Origin: a virus
Lineage: Duplodnaviria > Caudoviricetes
IMG/VR virus record: IMGVR_UViG_3300022307_000009
Coordinates: 1 to 30,862 of that record
Reading direction: 5' to 3' (one strand)
Length of the DNA: 30,862 bases
The notes under the pieces are model-generated. The model saw only the letters and a program-made list of their open reading frames with translations. It was not told the DNA's origin and did not search any database. Positions 15,704 through 25,605 of this stretch are shown piece after piece (position 1 is the first letter of the stretch; every line of letters starts with the position of its first letter). The translations under genes and the position numbers were made by a program.

Positions 15704-15943
15704 ATGAAAGTTAAGTTTAGAAAATCTGGAGGCCCGTTTAGCGATGCGCCTCCAGTCGGAAAAGCATTTAGAGTTAATCCAGAGGATGTGGATAAAACAA
15801 TTTATGAAATCACCGATGATGCGTTTAAGCTTTTGTCTAATGCTGGCGCGTATGAGCTTAAGCCTGAAAAATCAACGACTGAAGTTGAGAAAAAACAGGA
15901 CGCTCCACACGTAAAAGATAAGAAAAGAGCAGAGCGCAGATAA
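15704..15943 (+). CDS. small hypothetical head-cluster protein
   Basis: MKVKF start and charged tail; tightly packed between neighbours. Confidence 0.6.
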   Translation: MKVKFRKSGGPFSDAPPVGKAFRVNPEDVDKTIYEITDDAFKLLSNAGAYELKPEKSTTEVEKKQDAPHVKDKKRAERR

Positions 15944-16491
15944 TGTATATCGAGTTATCAAAGGGCCAATCTCCAGTCACAACCTCAGAAATGAAATCGT
16001 ACATGAAGATAACCTCTAGTAATGATGATACGTTAATTGGAAGTATGATTGATAATTGCGTCCGGTACGGCGAAGGCTATACTGGGCGTGATTTCTCGAT
16101 TAAAAGCTGGAAATTGTTGATAGATACATTCTCAAGCAGAATCCATTTATCAAGAATGACAGTAGATACAGTAACAACAATTAAGCACTTGGTTTCAAAC
16201 GTGCTCACAACCGTTTCAAGCGCCGATTATTATTTAAAAAACAATGCATCGAATTCGGAAATATTATTGATTGACGGCGCTAGTTGGCCGACTGATACCG
16301 ATATACGAGAGCAGGCAATTGAAATAGAGTTTGCAACCACCGTATCAATGGATCAATCAGTAATAGAATCAGCAATAAAAAAACATGTGTCATATATGTA
16401 TTTTAACCGAGGGGATTGTGACGTAGGCGAAGCGGCTAGATTATCGGGCGCGATGAATGATTATACTTACTACCGGATTCCGCGAGTATGA
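15943..16491 (+). CDS. head-tail connector (HK97 gp6-like, long form)
   Basis: PVTTSEMKSYMKI...DDTLIGSMI...EGYTGR...WP...AIKKHVSYMYFNRGD. Confidence 0.85.
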   Translation: MYIELSKGQSPVTTSEMKSYMKITSSNDDTLIGSMIDNCVRYGEGYTGRDFSIKSWKLLIDTFSSRIHLSRMTVDTVTTIKHLVSNVLTTVSSADYYLKNNASNSEILLIDGASWPTDTDIREQAIEIEFATTVSMDQSVIESAIKKHVSYMYFNRGDCDVGEAARLSGAMNDYTYYRIPRV

Positions 16492-16871
16492 GCACTTGCC
16501 GAAAATGCAATAAGCGCAAAATCTCAATAGGTGATTTAAATCGTAGAATTACGCTACAAGGACGATCAATCAAAGGACTTAGTGATACGGTTGATTTTTC
16601 GGAGACATTTACGGATAAGCCGGTCGATGTTGATGCGAAAGTTGAAACCGTGAACGGGAAAACAATGTTCGACGGAACAAATATAGAGCGAGTTATCACT
16701 CACAATTTCTATATCCGTTACGATGAAACCGTTACTTCTGAAACATGGATTAAATACAAGAGCAAAAATTTTAATATTGTAGCTACTGAAAACTTTGATG
16801 AGCGAGACGAATATTTAAAACTGCCCGCATACGAGCGCGGGCCATCTAACAATCCGGTGAATTTTGCATGA
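16488..16871 (+). CDS. head closure / head-tail adaptor (SPP1 gp16-like)
   Basis: IGDLNRRITLQ...AKVE...THNFYIRY...FNIV...DER. Confidence 0.85.
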   Translation: MSTCRKCNKRKISIGDLNRRITLQGRSIKGLSDTVDFSETFTDKPVDVDAKVETVNGKTMFDGTNIERVITHNFYIRYDETVTSETWIKYKSKNFNIVATENFDERDEYLKLPAYERGPSNNPVNFA

Positions 16872-17338
16872 TAACGCAAGGGCGAAACAATCAAGCGATA
16901 GAATTACAGATACGGAATGCGCCTGAAAATGCAGCCCGTGGTGTTCGTCGTGGATTTCACAGACTTGGCAATTTAGAAGTTATTCATTCGAGGAAGCTGA
17001 TTAGAAAAGGCCCGAAAACGGGTAGACTTTATCGCATAAAAGGCAGAAAGAGGATGCACAGAGCATCAGCGCCGGGCCAAGCGCCAGCAAATCTAACCGG
17101 AAGCCTTGCTCGAAGTATTGGATATAATATTTACGGCAATGAAATGGTATTCGCAACCCGTGGCGACGAAAGCGGCCCAAAAAAGCAAGCGAATGGCGGC
17201 GTGCCTTACGGCAATTGGCTGGATGGCGGAACCAGAAGAATAAAGCCTAGACCGTTTTTGTCGGCAACCGCTAATCACTTTGATAATCAAGCTGAGACTA
17301 TTTTTAACGACGGCATACTTGAGACGATTACAGAATGA
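16868..17338 (+). CDS. neck / tail-completion protein (HK97 gp10-like)
   Basis: HRASAPGQAPANLTGSLARSI, YGNWLDGGTRRIKPRPFL. Confidence 0.8.
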   Translation: MITQGRNNQAIELQIRNAPENAARGVRRGFHRLGNLEVIHSRKLIRKGPKTGRLYRIKGRKRMHRASAPGQAPANLTGSLARSIGYNIYGNEMVFATRGDESGPKKQANGGVPYGNWLDGGTRRIKPRPFLSATANHFDNQAETIFNDGILETITE

Positions 17339-18387
17339 AGTTGTCGCACATAATTTCACAACTTGCAGTCGTACTGCCAAAGTATACCGACTTGTTTACT
17401 GATAATTTAGCGGTGAATCTTGCTTATTCTGCCGGAACAGTTACGGCCACGAGCGCAACGGCTCACGGACTAGCGACCGGCGATTACACGACGATAACAG
17501 ATGCAGTTTTCCCGACTCAAATAGCGTCAATAACTCGGGCGGGAAATATTGCAACAGTAACGACGGTTACGAATCACGACCTAACGTTTGGATACCATCC
17601 CAGTGTTAATATCGGTGGCGCAGATCAATCAGATTATAATGGTGATAAAGCACTTCTAAGCGTCCCAACAAGGAAAGCATTTACATGCGCCGTGACTAAT
17701 GACCCAGTTACACCGGCCACAGGTTCGATGTTTTTAAATGAGGATATATTAGGTTATAACGGACGGTATCAAGTAACCACAGTTAGTCCGACTGTTTTTA
17801 CATACCCAATAACACAAACGCCTTTCGGATCGTCTACTGGGTTTTCTAAAAGCAATATCAGGATATCGGGCGGCGTTACTTATGACCGTTTGATTAGCGC
17901 ATACACAGAGCAAGATATAGATAAAGTATACTGTTTTGTCGTTCCTCAGCCATCGACGATTAGCAGGGATTCAAAGGTGCAGAACGATGCCACTGTAAAC
18001 ATAACCGCTGGCGTATCGGTGCAAATAAGAGAGATCGAAAACTTTAGTGTTTATATTTTTGTTCCGTCGAAGGATATAGCGGGCCGTGTCGCATACGATC
18101 AAATCGAAGATATAGCGCCATTTGTCTACAAGTCGCTGGTCGGGGTAAAGCTCCCGTCCGGGCTAACAGAAGAAAGATGGGCCGGGATCTCTCCTTTAGG
18201 ACACGGGTTTCACGCATATAGTGGGTCTGTTTATATTCACGCTTTCGAGTTCCAGGCAATACGAGATTTAAGCCTTGCTGATACAGCGGATCTTGATGAG
18301 AGTGTCGCGTTTAGAGACATAGATATAAATACATTAAATGATTTTGACAATATGATTACTAACGCTAACGTAAATCTGGACGGCTAA
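17335..18387 (+). CDS. putative tail terminator/completion protein with inserted beta-domains
   Basis: Position between neck and sheath; residues ~27-170 are Thr-rich beta modules (TATSATAHGL...GD, YNG..., FTY). Confidence 0.6.
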   Translation: MKLSHIISQLAVVLPKYTDLFTDNLAVNLAYSAGTVTATSATAHGLATGDYTTITDAVFPTQIASITRAGNIATVTTVTNHDLTFGYHPSVNIGGADQSDYNGDKALLSVPTRKAFTCAVTNDPVTPATGSMFLNEDILGYNGRYQVTTVSPTVFTYPITQTPFGSSTGFSKSNIRISGGVTYDRLISAYTEQDIDKVYCFVVPQPSTISRDSKVQNDATVNITAGVSVQIREIENFSVYIFVPSKDIAGRVAYDQIEDIAPFVYKSLVGVKLPSGLTEERWAGISPLGHGFHAYSGSVYIHAFEFQAIRDLSLADTADLDESVAFRDIDINTLNDFDNMITNANVNLDG

Positions 18388-18391
18388 CATT

Positions 18392-18574
18392 ATGATGAAA
18401 CGAGTAAAAGTAAACGCAGATATCGGAGGCAAAAAAGCAGGCGATGAGTTTAACCTAGAGTTTAACGGCAGTATTCCTCTCGATGAATTTTGGCGCAGAC
18501 GATTCAAAGATTCCAGGATTGATAACTGCATTGAGATTGTGACGCAAAAAAAAGTAAATAAGGATGGTAAATAA
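18392..18574 (+). CDS. small pre-sheath protein (Mu gp38/DUF2635-like)
   Basis: FWRRRFKD motif, 60 aa, directly before the sheath gene. Confidence 0.65.
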   Translation: MMKRVKVNADIGGKKAGDEFNLEFNGSIPLDEFWRRRFKDSRIDNCIEIVTQKKVNKDGK

Positions 18575-20136
18575 TGGCCGGTAACTCAGTAATCATTCAG
18601 CCCGATACACAATATAATATTGTTCCGGCTCAAACTACAGCATCAAATAGCGCTCAAAAAGTTCTGCTAGTCGCTCAAAAGACGGCGGCAGGATCTGCGG
18701 TATCAGGCGCGTTAAGCGAAAGTGTAAGCACTGCCAACAACGACATTGACTCATTGCTAGGCGCTAGATCAATGGCCGCGCAAGCAGCCAGAACGTTCAG
18801 GAAGATCAATAAAGTATCTCAGCTCGATGTGATAGCTTTGACCGACGCAGCAGGCACCGCAGCAACAAGTGTAATTACATTTACTAATGCGGCTACAGCG
18901 GCCGGAACGCTAACCATTGAGATCGGGTCATCAACTAATCACACGATAACTTACGCTATCGCAGATGCAGACACACCAACACTTGCCGGGGACTCATTAG
19001 CAGCAGCAATCACCGCAGATACACGAGTACCATGTACGGCAGTTAACGCGGTTGGAGTTGTGACGCTCACAGCGGCAAACGTGGGCACAGAAGGTAACGA
19101 TATTACTGTAAAGATTAGCGGCACGGTGGCAGGGCTTACAGTGGCCTTAACATCTGGCTTTTCTGGTGGCGCAACTAACCCGGCACTGACCGGCTTATTT
19201 GATATTGTTGGAGATAACCGATACCAGACTGTAATCTGGCCAGACTCTTACGGATTGGCTGAAATAAAAGCTTTCCTTGATCCGAGATTTAACGCAGGCA
19301 ATCAAATCCTTGATGGCGTTGCGATAATGACGAAAACAGACACTTATTCAAATTTAGTATCTGCGGCAACGTCTGAAAACAGTCAGTCAATGGTAATCGA
19401 AGGATTCTCTGTTGTTACGGACGCTGATTACAAAGGGTCATCAATGCTAGAGCTTGGCATTGTAGTGTCTGCATCGTTAGCGGCAATTAGATCAATGCGA
19501 TTAACTCAGGATGCAAATGTAAGTCAGTATGTTATCTCAACCGGTGGAGCTAAAGATTCTTTTGGCGGCCCGCACATGGCAAGCTTCCCATATTTTAATA
19601 CGCCATTCCCTTACCTGCCTTTAATTCCGGCCGGGAAAGGATTTAATCAAACCGAGATAGAAGGTCTTGTTGCGGCGGGCGTATCGACCATAGGAAATAA
19701 CACAGCAGGAAATACAGTAATCTCAGGCGAACAGGTAACAACATATAAGACTGACTCAGCAGGTAACACGGATATATCGTTTAAGTATTTAAACTACGTC
19801 GACACATCATCTGCAAGCAGAGAGTTTTTCCAGAACAACATGAAAGCCCGTTTTGGAATGAGCCGACTAACGAATGGCGATTTAAAAGAAGGTCACTCGA
19901 TGGCAAACGAGGGAACTATTCGAGCATTCGGCAACGGTCTTTATGATACTCTTTCTGACACTGGTTATGTGCTGACTGAAGCAGGCTCGGCAGCTCAAAA
20001 ATATTACAATGACAACTTGGTTATTGCGATAGATACATCGTTAGGGAAGGCCACTATCAATCAAAAAATACCAATAGTCACTCAATTTAGAACGATAGTT
20101 GCAACTCATCAAATCTCATTTAGCACAGAGGGTTAA
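18574..20136 (+). CDS. contractile tail sheath protein (Mu gpL-like)
   Basis: QKVLLVAQKTAAGSA, LLGARSMAA, VVTLTAANVGTEGNDI, FSGGATNP, VTTYKTDSAGNTDISF. Confidence 0.92.
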   Translation: MAGNSVIIQPDTQYNIVPAQTTASNSAQKVLLVAQKTAAGSAVSGALSESVSTANNDIDSLLGARSMAAQAARTFRKINKVSQLDVIALTDAAGTAATSVITFTNAATAAGTLTIEIGSSTNHTITYAIADADTPTLAGDSLAAAITADTRVPCTAVNAVGVVTLTAANVGTEGNDITVKISGTVAGLTVALTSGFSGGATNPALTGLFDIVGDNRYQTVIWPDSYGLAEIKAFLDPRFNAGNQILDGVAIMTKTDTYSNLVSAATSENSQSMVIEGFSVVTDADYKGSSMLELGIVVSASLAAIRSMRLTQDANVSQYVISTGGAKDSFGGPHMASFPYFNTPFPYLPLIPAGKGFNQTEIEGLVAAGVSTIGNNTAGNTVISGEQVTTYKTDSAGNTDISFKYLNYVDTSSASREFFQNNMKARFGMSRLTNGDLKEGHSMANEGTIRAFGNGLYDTLSDTGYVLTEAGSAAQKYYNDNLVIAIDTSLGKATINQKIPIVTQFRTIVATHQISFSTEG

Positions 20137-20138
20137 TC

Positions 20139-20519
20139 ATGGTAGCTTTAGCAAGTCCAACAGTAGTAGTTAACGGCGATGTTGTGGCAATAAAGCCCAA
20201 CTCACTAAAATTTAAAGAGGGTCAAGGTGATCGCAATGTGAGAACGCAATCAACCGGTGGCGGAGCGGTTACTCAAGTTATAACCGAGGACGTGGAGACT
20301 CAGCGAGGCATGGTCTCTTTTACTGTATTGACAACATCTGATGCAGTTGAGAAAAGTCGAACGTGGCAGCGAAACAAAGAAGCGAATACGATTGAAATAT
20401 CAGATCGCGGCGGATTCGCTAGATCGTTTCAAAGCGCCATCATCGTGAGTGACCTGGAGAAGGCGCTAGGCGCTGACCAAGATTTTGAAGTAGAATTTGA
20501 ATCTAAACCGGCGGTATAA
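20139..20519 (+). CDS. tail tube protein
   Basis: 126 aa beta-rich protein immediately after the sheath; C-terminal FEVEFES pattern. Confidence 0.8.
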   Translation: MVALASPTVVVNGDVVAIKPNSLKFKEGQGDRNVRTQSTGGGAVTQVITEDVETQRGMVSFTVLTTSDAVEKSRTWQRNKEANTIEISDRGGFARSFQSAIIVSDLEKALGADQDFEVEFESKPAV

Positions 20520-20521
20520 GT

Positions 20522-20986
20522 ATGGATGACCAAGATGTATATCTAGAATCACCGATCAAGGTATCTAACGGCGGCGATCTTGATGATTGCATGGTAGTTA
20601 CTTTGATGTGCCCTAAGAAAAAGTTTATTCGCAAAACATATAAGCTTCAGCAGCTTTTCACGACCGCACAAGTTCAGCAAGCGGAGTTATACGCAAGTAT
20701 TATAGAGTCTAGAGAAAAAGACGACGAGACTGACGACGACAAAGAAGATGAAAAAGTTACTCATACGCAAATAATGCAAATGCTATTGTCTAGCCGTGTA
20801 AATATGGAAGAGGTATTTGACGAATTTGAAAGGCTGGCGTTACTGGGTGCGGTTATGGTTAATGATAAAAAAATAAACGTACTTCAGTGGGACGCGATAA
20901 CCGATGAAGATAAGGAGGGGCTTATGGCTAAATACATGGCTTTTTTCATCAGTACCTTGGCTCTGAGGAGCTTCAAGACAACCTAG
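20522..20986 (+). CDS. tail assembly chaperone (gpG-like)
   Basis: Acidic helical protein between tube and tape measure; slippery T TTT TTC at 20941-20947. Confidence 0.8.
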   Translation: MDDQDVYLESPIKVSNGGDLDDCMVVTLMCPKKKFIRKTYKLQQLFTTAQVQQAELYASIIESREKDDETDDDKEDEKVTHTQIMQMLLSSRVNMEEVFDEFERLALLGAVMVNDKKINVLQWDAITDEDKEGLMAKYMAFFISTLALRSFKTT

Positions 20987-21123
20987 ATACAATTCAGGCC
21001 GATCTGGTTGCATTTTTTAAGGGCGGGATAACATTTAACGAAATAGAAAATATGTCGATTCATCGCATTTACAATATCGTTGGTCATGCAGAGCGGATAA
21101 GCAGAGAGCGGAATAAAAAGTAA
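20941..21123 (+). CDS. -1 frameshift extension of the tail assembly chaperone (gpGT-like), not in the ORF track
   Basis: The -1 frame reads FFHQYLGSEELQDNLDTIQADLVAFFKGGITFNEIENMSIHRIYNIVGHAERISRERNKK*; its TAA overlaps the tape measure ATG. Confidence 0.8.
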   Translation, partial: FFHQYLGSEELQDNLDTIQADLVAFFKGGITFNEIENMSIHRIYNIVGHAERISRERNKK

Positions 21124-22658
21124 TGTCCAGAAGCAATACACTCGAATATATTTATAAGGCCGTTGATAATATGAGCGGCACGATTAAGCGTATTCGTAAG
21201 CAGCAGAAAGGACTAGCAAAAGAAGCCAATTTAAGTAGCCGCGCAATGACAGCGTTTAGCAAGGGCGCAAGCAAAAGCGTTGGTTTTCTTAAAAATAGAT
21301 TGATCGGATTTGGCGCTCTTGCTGGGGCTGGCTTTGGTATGGCAGAATTCTTTTCTATCGGATCTAAATTCCAAGATACGATGGTAGACTTGTCCGCCAT
21401 AACTGGGGCCACAGGTAAAGATTTCGACTTCCTTAAAGGCAAGTCTCTCGAATTATCAAAAACAACAAAAACATTTCAAAGCGAAGTTGCGGAAGGGATT
21501 AAATTGGTAGCTTCTGCAAAACCTGAGTTGCTCGACAACCTTCCCGCGTTAATCGAAACAACCAAACAAGTGCTGCTACTAAAGAATGCTGCTGGAATCG
21601 ACCTTGCCGACGCTGCAAATATCGGCGCTCAAAGCTTAAACATATTCGGGGAAAATGCAACGCAAGCCAATAGGTTTGTGAATGTATTGGCGGCTGGCGC
21701 AAAGTTCGGCGCGTCCGAAATAAGGCAAACTGGCGAAGCTGTCCTTCTTTCTGGCGGAGCCGCAAAAAATGCAGGCTTGCAGTTTGAGCAATTGAACGCA
21801 TTAATCCAAACGGCTGCAAGGGGTGGATTTAAAGGGTCTCAAGCAGGCACGGCGCTGAATGCAATGCTTTCCAGACTACAAAGAAAGGGGATTGACTTCA
21901 AAAAACTGGGGATTGAGAAATCATTTCAATTAGTAAAAGACAAACTTGATTCGCTAACCACATCAACACAACGCGCATTATTTGCATCGGAGATATTTGG
22001 TGAGGAGCACTCAAAAGTAGGATTTGCTTTAATTGATAACATTAAGTACATGGCCCAATATGAAAGAACCTTGTCTGGCACTAACGTGGCGCAAGAGCAA
22101 TCAGATAAGAGGCTAAAAACACTATCGGCCAGAATGCGCGGACTTGGCGTAGCGATAAGTGAAAAAATAATCGTCTCGTTTGACAAGATGGAGCCGAAGA
22201 TATCGAAAAGCATTGACAGTGTAATTAAATTTGTAGAATCCATAACAACTAAAGACGTAGAAGAAATGACAGGGAAAGTCATCACGATAGCCGAGGGTTT
22301 TAGTATTGTGGGTGAGGCTATATCTCCTGTTATAGCTCTCACGAAGGGGTTAGTCATATCTCTAAAGGACACTTATACGCTACTTAAAGCAATAGGAAAT
22401 TGGGAATTTAAAGGAATTCGATTCGACATTCAAAAAGATATAGACGCCCTTACTTTCGGCGGAAAGTTTCTAGGCATGTTCGATTTGAATCCCGTCCCCC
22501 CTCCTTCCACTGTCGGCGGGTCTGCTGCAAATGGTTTTGCCAAGAGCGAATCAAAAACTGACATAAACGTAAACATAAATGCACCGCAAGGCGTAGTTGG
22601 AAGTGTAGGAACAAAGACAACTGGCGGCAATGTGAATGTAGGACTTAATCCATCATGA
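21123..22658 (+). CDS. tail tape measure protein (TP901-type core), 511 aa
   Basis: AVDNMSG, FQDTMVDLSAITGATG, RFVNVLAAGAKFGASEI, GSQAGTAL, IFGEE. Confidence 0.92.
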   Translation: MSRSNTLEYIYKAVDNMSGTIKRIRKQQKGLAKEANLSSRAMTAFSKGASKSVGFLKNRLIGFGALAGAGFGMAEFFSIGSKFQDTMVDLSAITGATGKDFDFLKGKSLELSKTTKTFQSEVAEGIKLVASAKPELLDNLPALIETTKQVLLLKNAAGIDLADAANIGAQSLNIFGENATQANRFVNVLAAGAKFGASEIRQTGEAVLLSGGAAKNAGLQFEQLNALIQTAARGGFKGSQAGTALNAMLSRLQRKGIDFKKLGIEKSFQLVKDKLDSLTTSTQRALFASEIFGEEHSKVGFALIDNIKYMAQYERTLSGTNVAQEQSDKRLKTLSARMRGLGVAISEKIIVSFDKMEPKISKSIDSVIKFVESITTKDVEEMTGKVITIAEGFSIVGEAISPVIALTKGLVISLKDTYTLLKAIGNWEFKGIRFDIQKDIDALTFGGKFLGMFDLNPVPPPSTVGGSAANGFAKSESKTDINVNINAPQGVVGSVGTKTTGGNVNVGLNPS

Positions 22659-24073
22659 GTGCATTATCCGACACACGCCCAGCATCATTCAGAGACGTTC
22701 CGTTTCTGGTCAAGCGCACGTCCACGACCGGCGGGAGGCGTTTAGCTGTCCATGAGTTCGTTAACTCAGACTTTCGAGACATTGAAGACCTTGGCCCAGA
22801 CCTTAGAAAATTCAGTATAACGGCAATGGTCACGAGCAGGCGAGAAGCGAACGCACTAATCGCCGCACTTGATAAAAAAGGCGAAGCTGTTTTGGTTCAC
22901 CCGTTTTACGGCGACCACACAGTCTCAAGCGGAACCTATATCGTTGATGACGACATGACAAAGCTGGGGGAGATTTCATTTCAATTAAATTTCCAGATAA
23001 GCCTTGAAAAGTTCGTATCTAAAAAAGTTTCGACTCTTGATGATATTAGAAATAAAGGAAAGGAATTATCCGACAGGCTGGGGCTTGATGTTGCTAAGGA
23101 TTATTTTAACTCAGGTCTGGCCGCAATTAATGCCGCTACTGATTTTGTTAACGAAGTCGCGGATAAAATAGAATCAATCTCGGATATGTACTCGCAGGCA
23201 TTTAACACCGTATCAGATATGGTTACATCTGTTCAAAAGCTAAAAAATGACGTTGTTAATATCGTCAACTTGCCAAGCAGGATGGCGAACGATTTAAACG
23301 GAATGCTTGATAGAATAGTAAATATTTACAGCGAGAAAAAGGAAGCGTCCCCTGATATATCTCCGTCATTATCACAACAGCAACAAGATATATTGGGTAA
23401 TACGGACGAGGTAAAGGCAAGCATTATAGCGACCGCTGAAACCGAAACGTCTTTACTCGAAGCTGAAACGGCAAGCATCCTGGATAGTTCTGACTCAGAT
23501 ATAAGTATTGCAAAACTAAATACATTAGAGATCCTTTATGATTTTAATAAGGACTCTATCCGTGTTTCTGAAATTATAAGCGCGGCAAAAATAGACTTGA
23601 TCGGAAACGATTCAGGGGTTACTTCTGCGGCATCTGTAGATATAGGGAACGCGATAACTCAAGAGCAAGCAGAGATAATTACGAACGAAAAACTACTATC
23701 TAGACTAATTAGAATCGGCGCGTTAAGTCGAGCGTATCTGGCGGCTGCCGAAATAGATTTTTCGTCAATAGTTGAAATCGAGGAAGTGCAAAATAGGCTA
23801 GAGTTGCAGTATCAGTCTGTTGTAGCGGATTCTGATATACCAAAATCTACACTGAGAGCATTAAACGAATTAAGGGATATTGCGGAAAAGTATTTCTTCT
23901 CAGAAAAGCTAACATCAAGCCAGTTAATAAACATAGATATAAATCCAATGCCAGCTCAAGTTCTTGCATTCTCACTTTACGGCGACACAAGCAAAACAAA
24001 GACATTGATTAACGTAAACTCCGTTATAGATATTAGTGACGTGTCAGGCTCCGTACAGGTCGTTACAGCATGA
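22655..24073 (+). CDS. DNA circularisation protein (Mu gpN-like)
   Basis: ASFRDVPFLV...GGRRLAVHEF...IEDLG...LVHPFYG; C-terminal MPAQVLAFSLYGD. Confidence 0.9.
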   Translation: MSALSDTRPASFRDVPFLVKRTSTTGGRRLAVHEFVNSDFRDIEDLGPDLRKFSITAMVTSRREANALIAALDKKGEAVLVHPFYGDHTVSSGTYIVDDDMTKLGEISFQLNFQISLEKFVSKKVSTLDDIRNKGKELSDRLGLDVAKDYFNSGLAAINAATDFVNEVADKIESISDMYSQAFNTVSDMVTSVQKLKNDVVNIVNLPSRMANDLNGMLDRIVNIYSEKKEASPDISPSLSQQQQDILGNTDEVKASIIATAETETSLLEAETASILDSSDSDISIAKLNTLEILYDFNKDSIRVSEIISAAKIDLIGNDSGVTSAASVDIGNAITQEQAEIITNEKLLSRLIRIGALSRAYLAAAEIDFSSIVEIEEVQNRLELQYQSVVADSDIPKSTLRALNELRDIAEKYFFSEKLTSSQLINIDINPMPAQVLAFSLYGDTSKTKTLINVNSVIDISDVSGSVQVVTA

Positions 24074-25128
24074 TCACATTTGAGATAAACGGAACTGAAT
24101 TCATCAACGTAAAAAAGGCCGAGGCATCCGATTCGATAGATGAGTTCGCCGGATCTTTTAGCTTTACGACACACAAGAAAATAGGCGCGGCTGTAGATGA
24201 TCTCTGCATAGTTAAGGTGGATGGCGAGAAATTTATAACAGGGTATATTGATTCTGCCGAGATTGATTATAGCGAAGACAGTCACAACGTAACATTCTCC
24301 GGCAGGGCAAAAACTCAGGACGTTATAGACTCCACTATCGGAAACAAAGTAACAATAACCGGAGCTGTAACGCTTAAAGATGCAATCCAGATCGTCCTTG
24401 ATGATATAAGCTCGACTTTGAAAATAATTGATAATGCCAATACTGACAAATTTGAAAAGTTTGATAAAATAAGTGGCGATATCGGAGACAATGCATTTGA
24501 ATTAATTAGTAAGTATTGCCGGAAAAGACAAGTGCTATTATCATCTAACGAAGATGGAGATATTGTTTTATCGAAAGGCAAAACAAAAGATTCCGGCCTA
24601 TCTATAAACAGCAAAGATGAAACTGGTAACATCAAGAAAGCAAATTTTATAAGCTCTCACGCTAACAGATTTAACAGGTATCAAGTATTCTCCCAATCAA
24701 ATACAAGCGGGTTTAATTTTACCGGCGAGACATCGGCCAAAAAACTAGCAAGCAATGACGGTATTGTTTCTGATAAAGAAATAAGATCGTCAAGAGTAAT
24801 GAGCGTGGTTGCCGAAACATCTTCAACCGATGAAGATTGCGAAAAAAGAGCAGACTGGATGGCCAGGGTAAACAGGTCTCGATCTATCACCTATCGGGCT
24901 ACTGTAGCGAATCACAATCAAGATGGAATGGTTTGGAAAAAAGGATACTTGGTTAATATAGATGATGATTTTTCATTTAACAAGCCTGTGAAAATGCTGA
25001 TTAAAAAACTCACGTTTTCAATGGGTGACGAAACGACCACATCGTTAGAGTTTGCCCCAGAAGATACTTATGAAAACCTTATCTCTGAGCCTGTAAAAAT
25101 AGAAAAGGATGCAACGTTTTCATTTTGA
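24070..25128 (+). CDS. baseplate hub (Mu gp44/gpP-like)
   Basis: SIDEFAGSFSF, VDGEKFITGYID, SGRAKTQDVIDST, NRFNRYQV, CEKRADW. Confidence 0.9.
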   Translation: MITFEINGTEFINVKKAEASDSIDEFAGSFSFTTHKKIGAAVDDLCIVKVDGEKFITGYIDSAEIDYSEDSHNVTFSGRAKTQDVIDSTIGNKVTITGAVTLKDAIQIVLDDISSTLKIIDNANTDKFEKFDKISGDIGDNAFELISKYCRKRQVLLSSNEDGDIVLSKGKTKDSGLSINSKDETGNIKKANFISSHANRFNRYQVFSQSNTSGFNFTGETSAKKLASNDGIVSDKEIRSSRVMSVVAETSSTDEDCEKRADWMARVNRSRSITYRATVANHNQDGMVWKKGYLVNIDDDFSFNKPVKMLIKKLTFSMGDETTTSLEFAPEDTYENLISEPVKIEKDATFSF

Positions 25129-25604
25129 TTAGATGCGCGAAAACATTAGTTAGCACGGACGATGAAAACTACAATATTTCTCAAGTTGAATATATGGGGA
25201 AGGTTGTAAATGCTGAGTCATTGCACGTTTACGGAGTTTGCTCCAATCCTCCGGCTGATTCGTTAGGAATTTTATTTAATGTGCAAAACGAAGATAATCA
25301 CGTAGTAATATTCAGCAAGCAGCCAGAGAGATTTAAGGGTCTAGTAGAATACGAAGTGCAAGTAGGCAACTTTAAAACAAAATCATCAATGAAGTTTGCC
25401 GACAGTGGAAATGTTGAAATTGACGCGCAGTCCGGAAAATTTATTATTAAGAATAACGATGAGGAGTTAATAACATGGCTGGAAGAATTTGTGATAGGCA
25501 TAGAGGCAATGACAACATCAACATCATTGGGGCCGCAGCCGCCAATTAATTTGGCAACGTTTACAGCACTGAAAACACGAATAGCAAAGTTAAAAGGCGT
25601 ATAA
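25125..25604 (+). CDS. baseplate spike/assembly protein (Mu gp45-like)
   Basis: HVYGVCSNPP, RFKGLVEYEV N-terminal motifs; TTG start overlapping the hub stop. Confidence 0.75.
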   Translation: MIRCAKTLVSTDDENYNISQVEYMGKVVNAESLHVYGVCSNPPADSLGILFNVQNEDNHVVIFSKQPERFKGLVEYEVQVGNFKTKSSMKFADSGNVEIDAQSGKFIIKNNDEELITWLEEFVIGIEAMTTSTSLGPQPPINLATFTALKTRIAKLKGV

Positions 25605-25605
25605 T

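Noticed and set aside
23330-23520. Low-complexity acidic stretch with short duplications (GCTGAAAC, GGCAAGCAT) in the gpN-like gene
   Set aside because: Only 8-9 nt matches in a variable linker; no evidence of an intein (no C/S...HN motifs) or mobile element.
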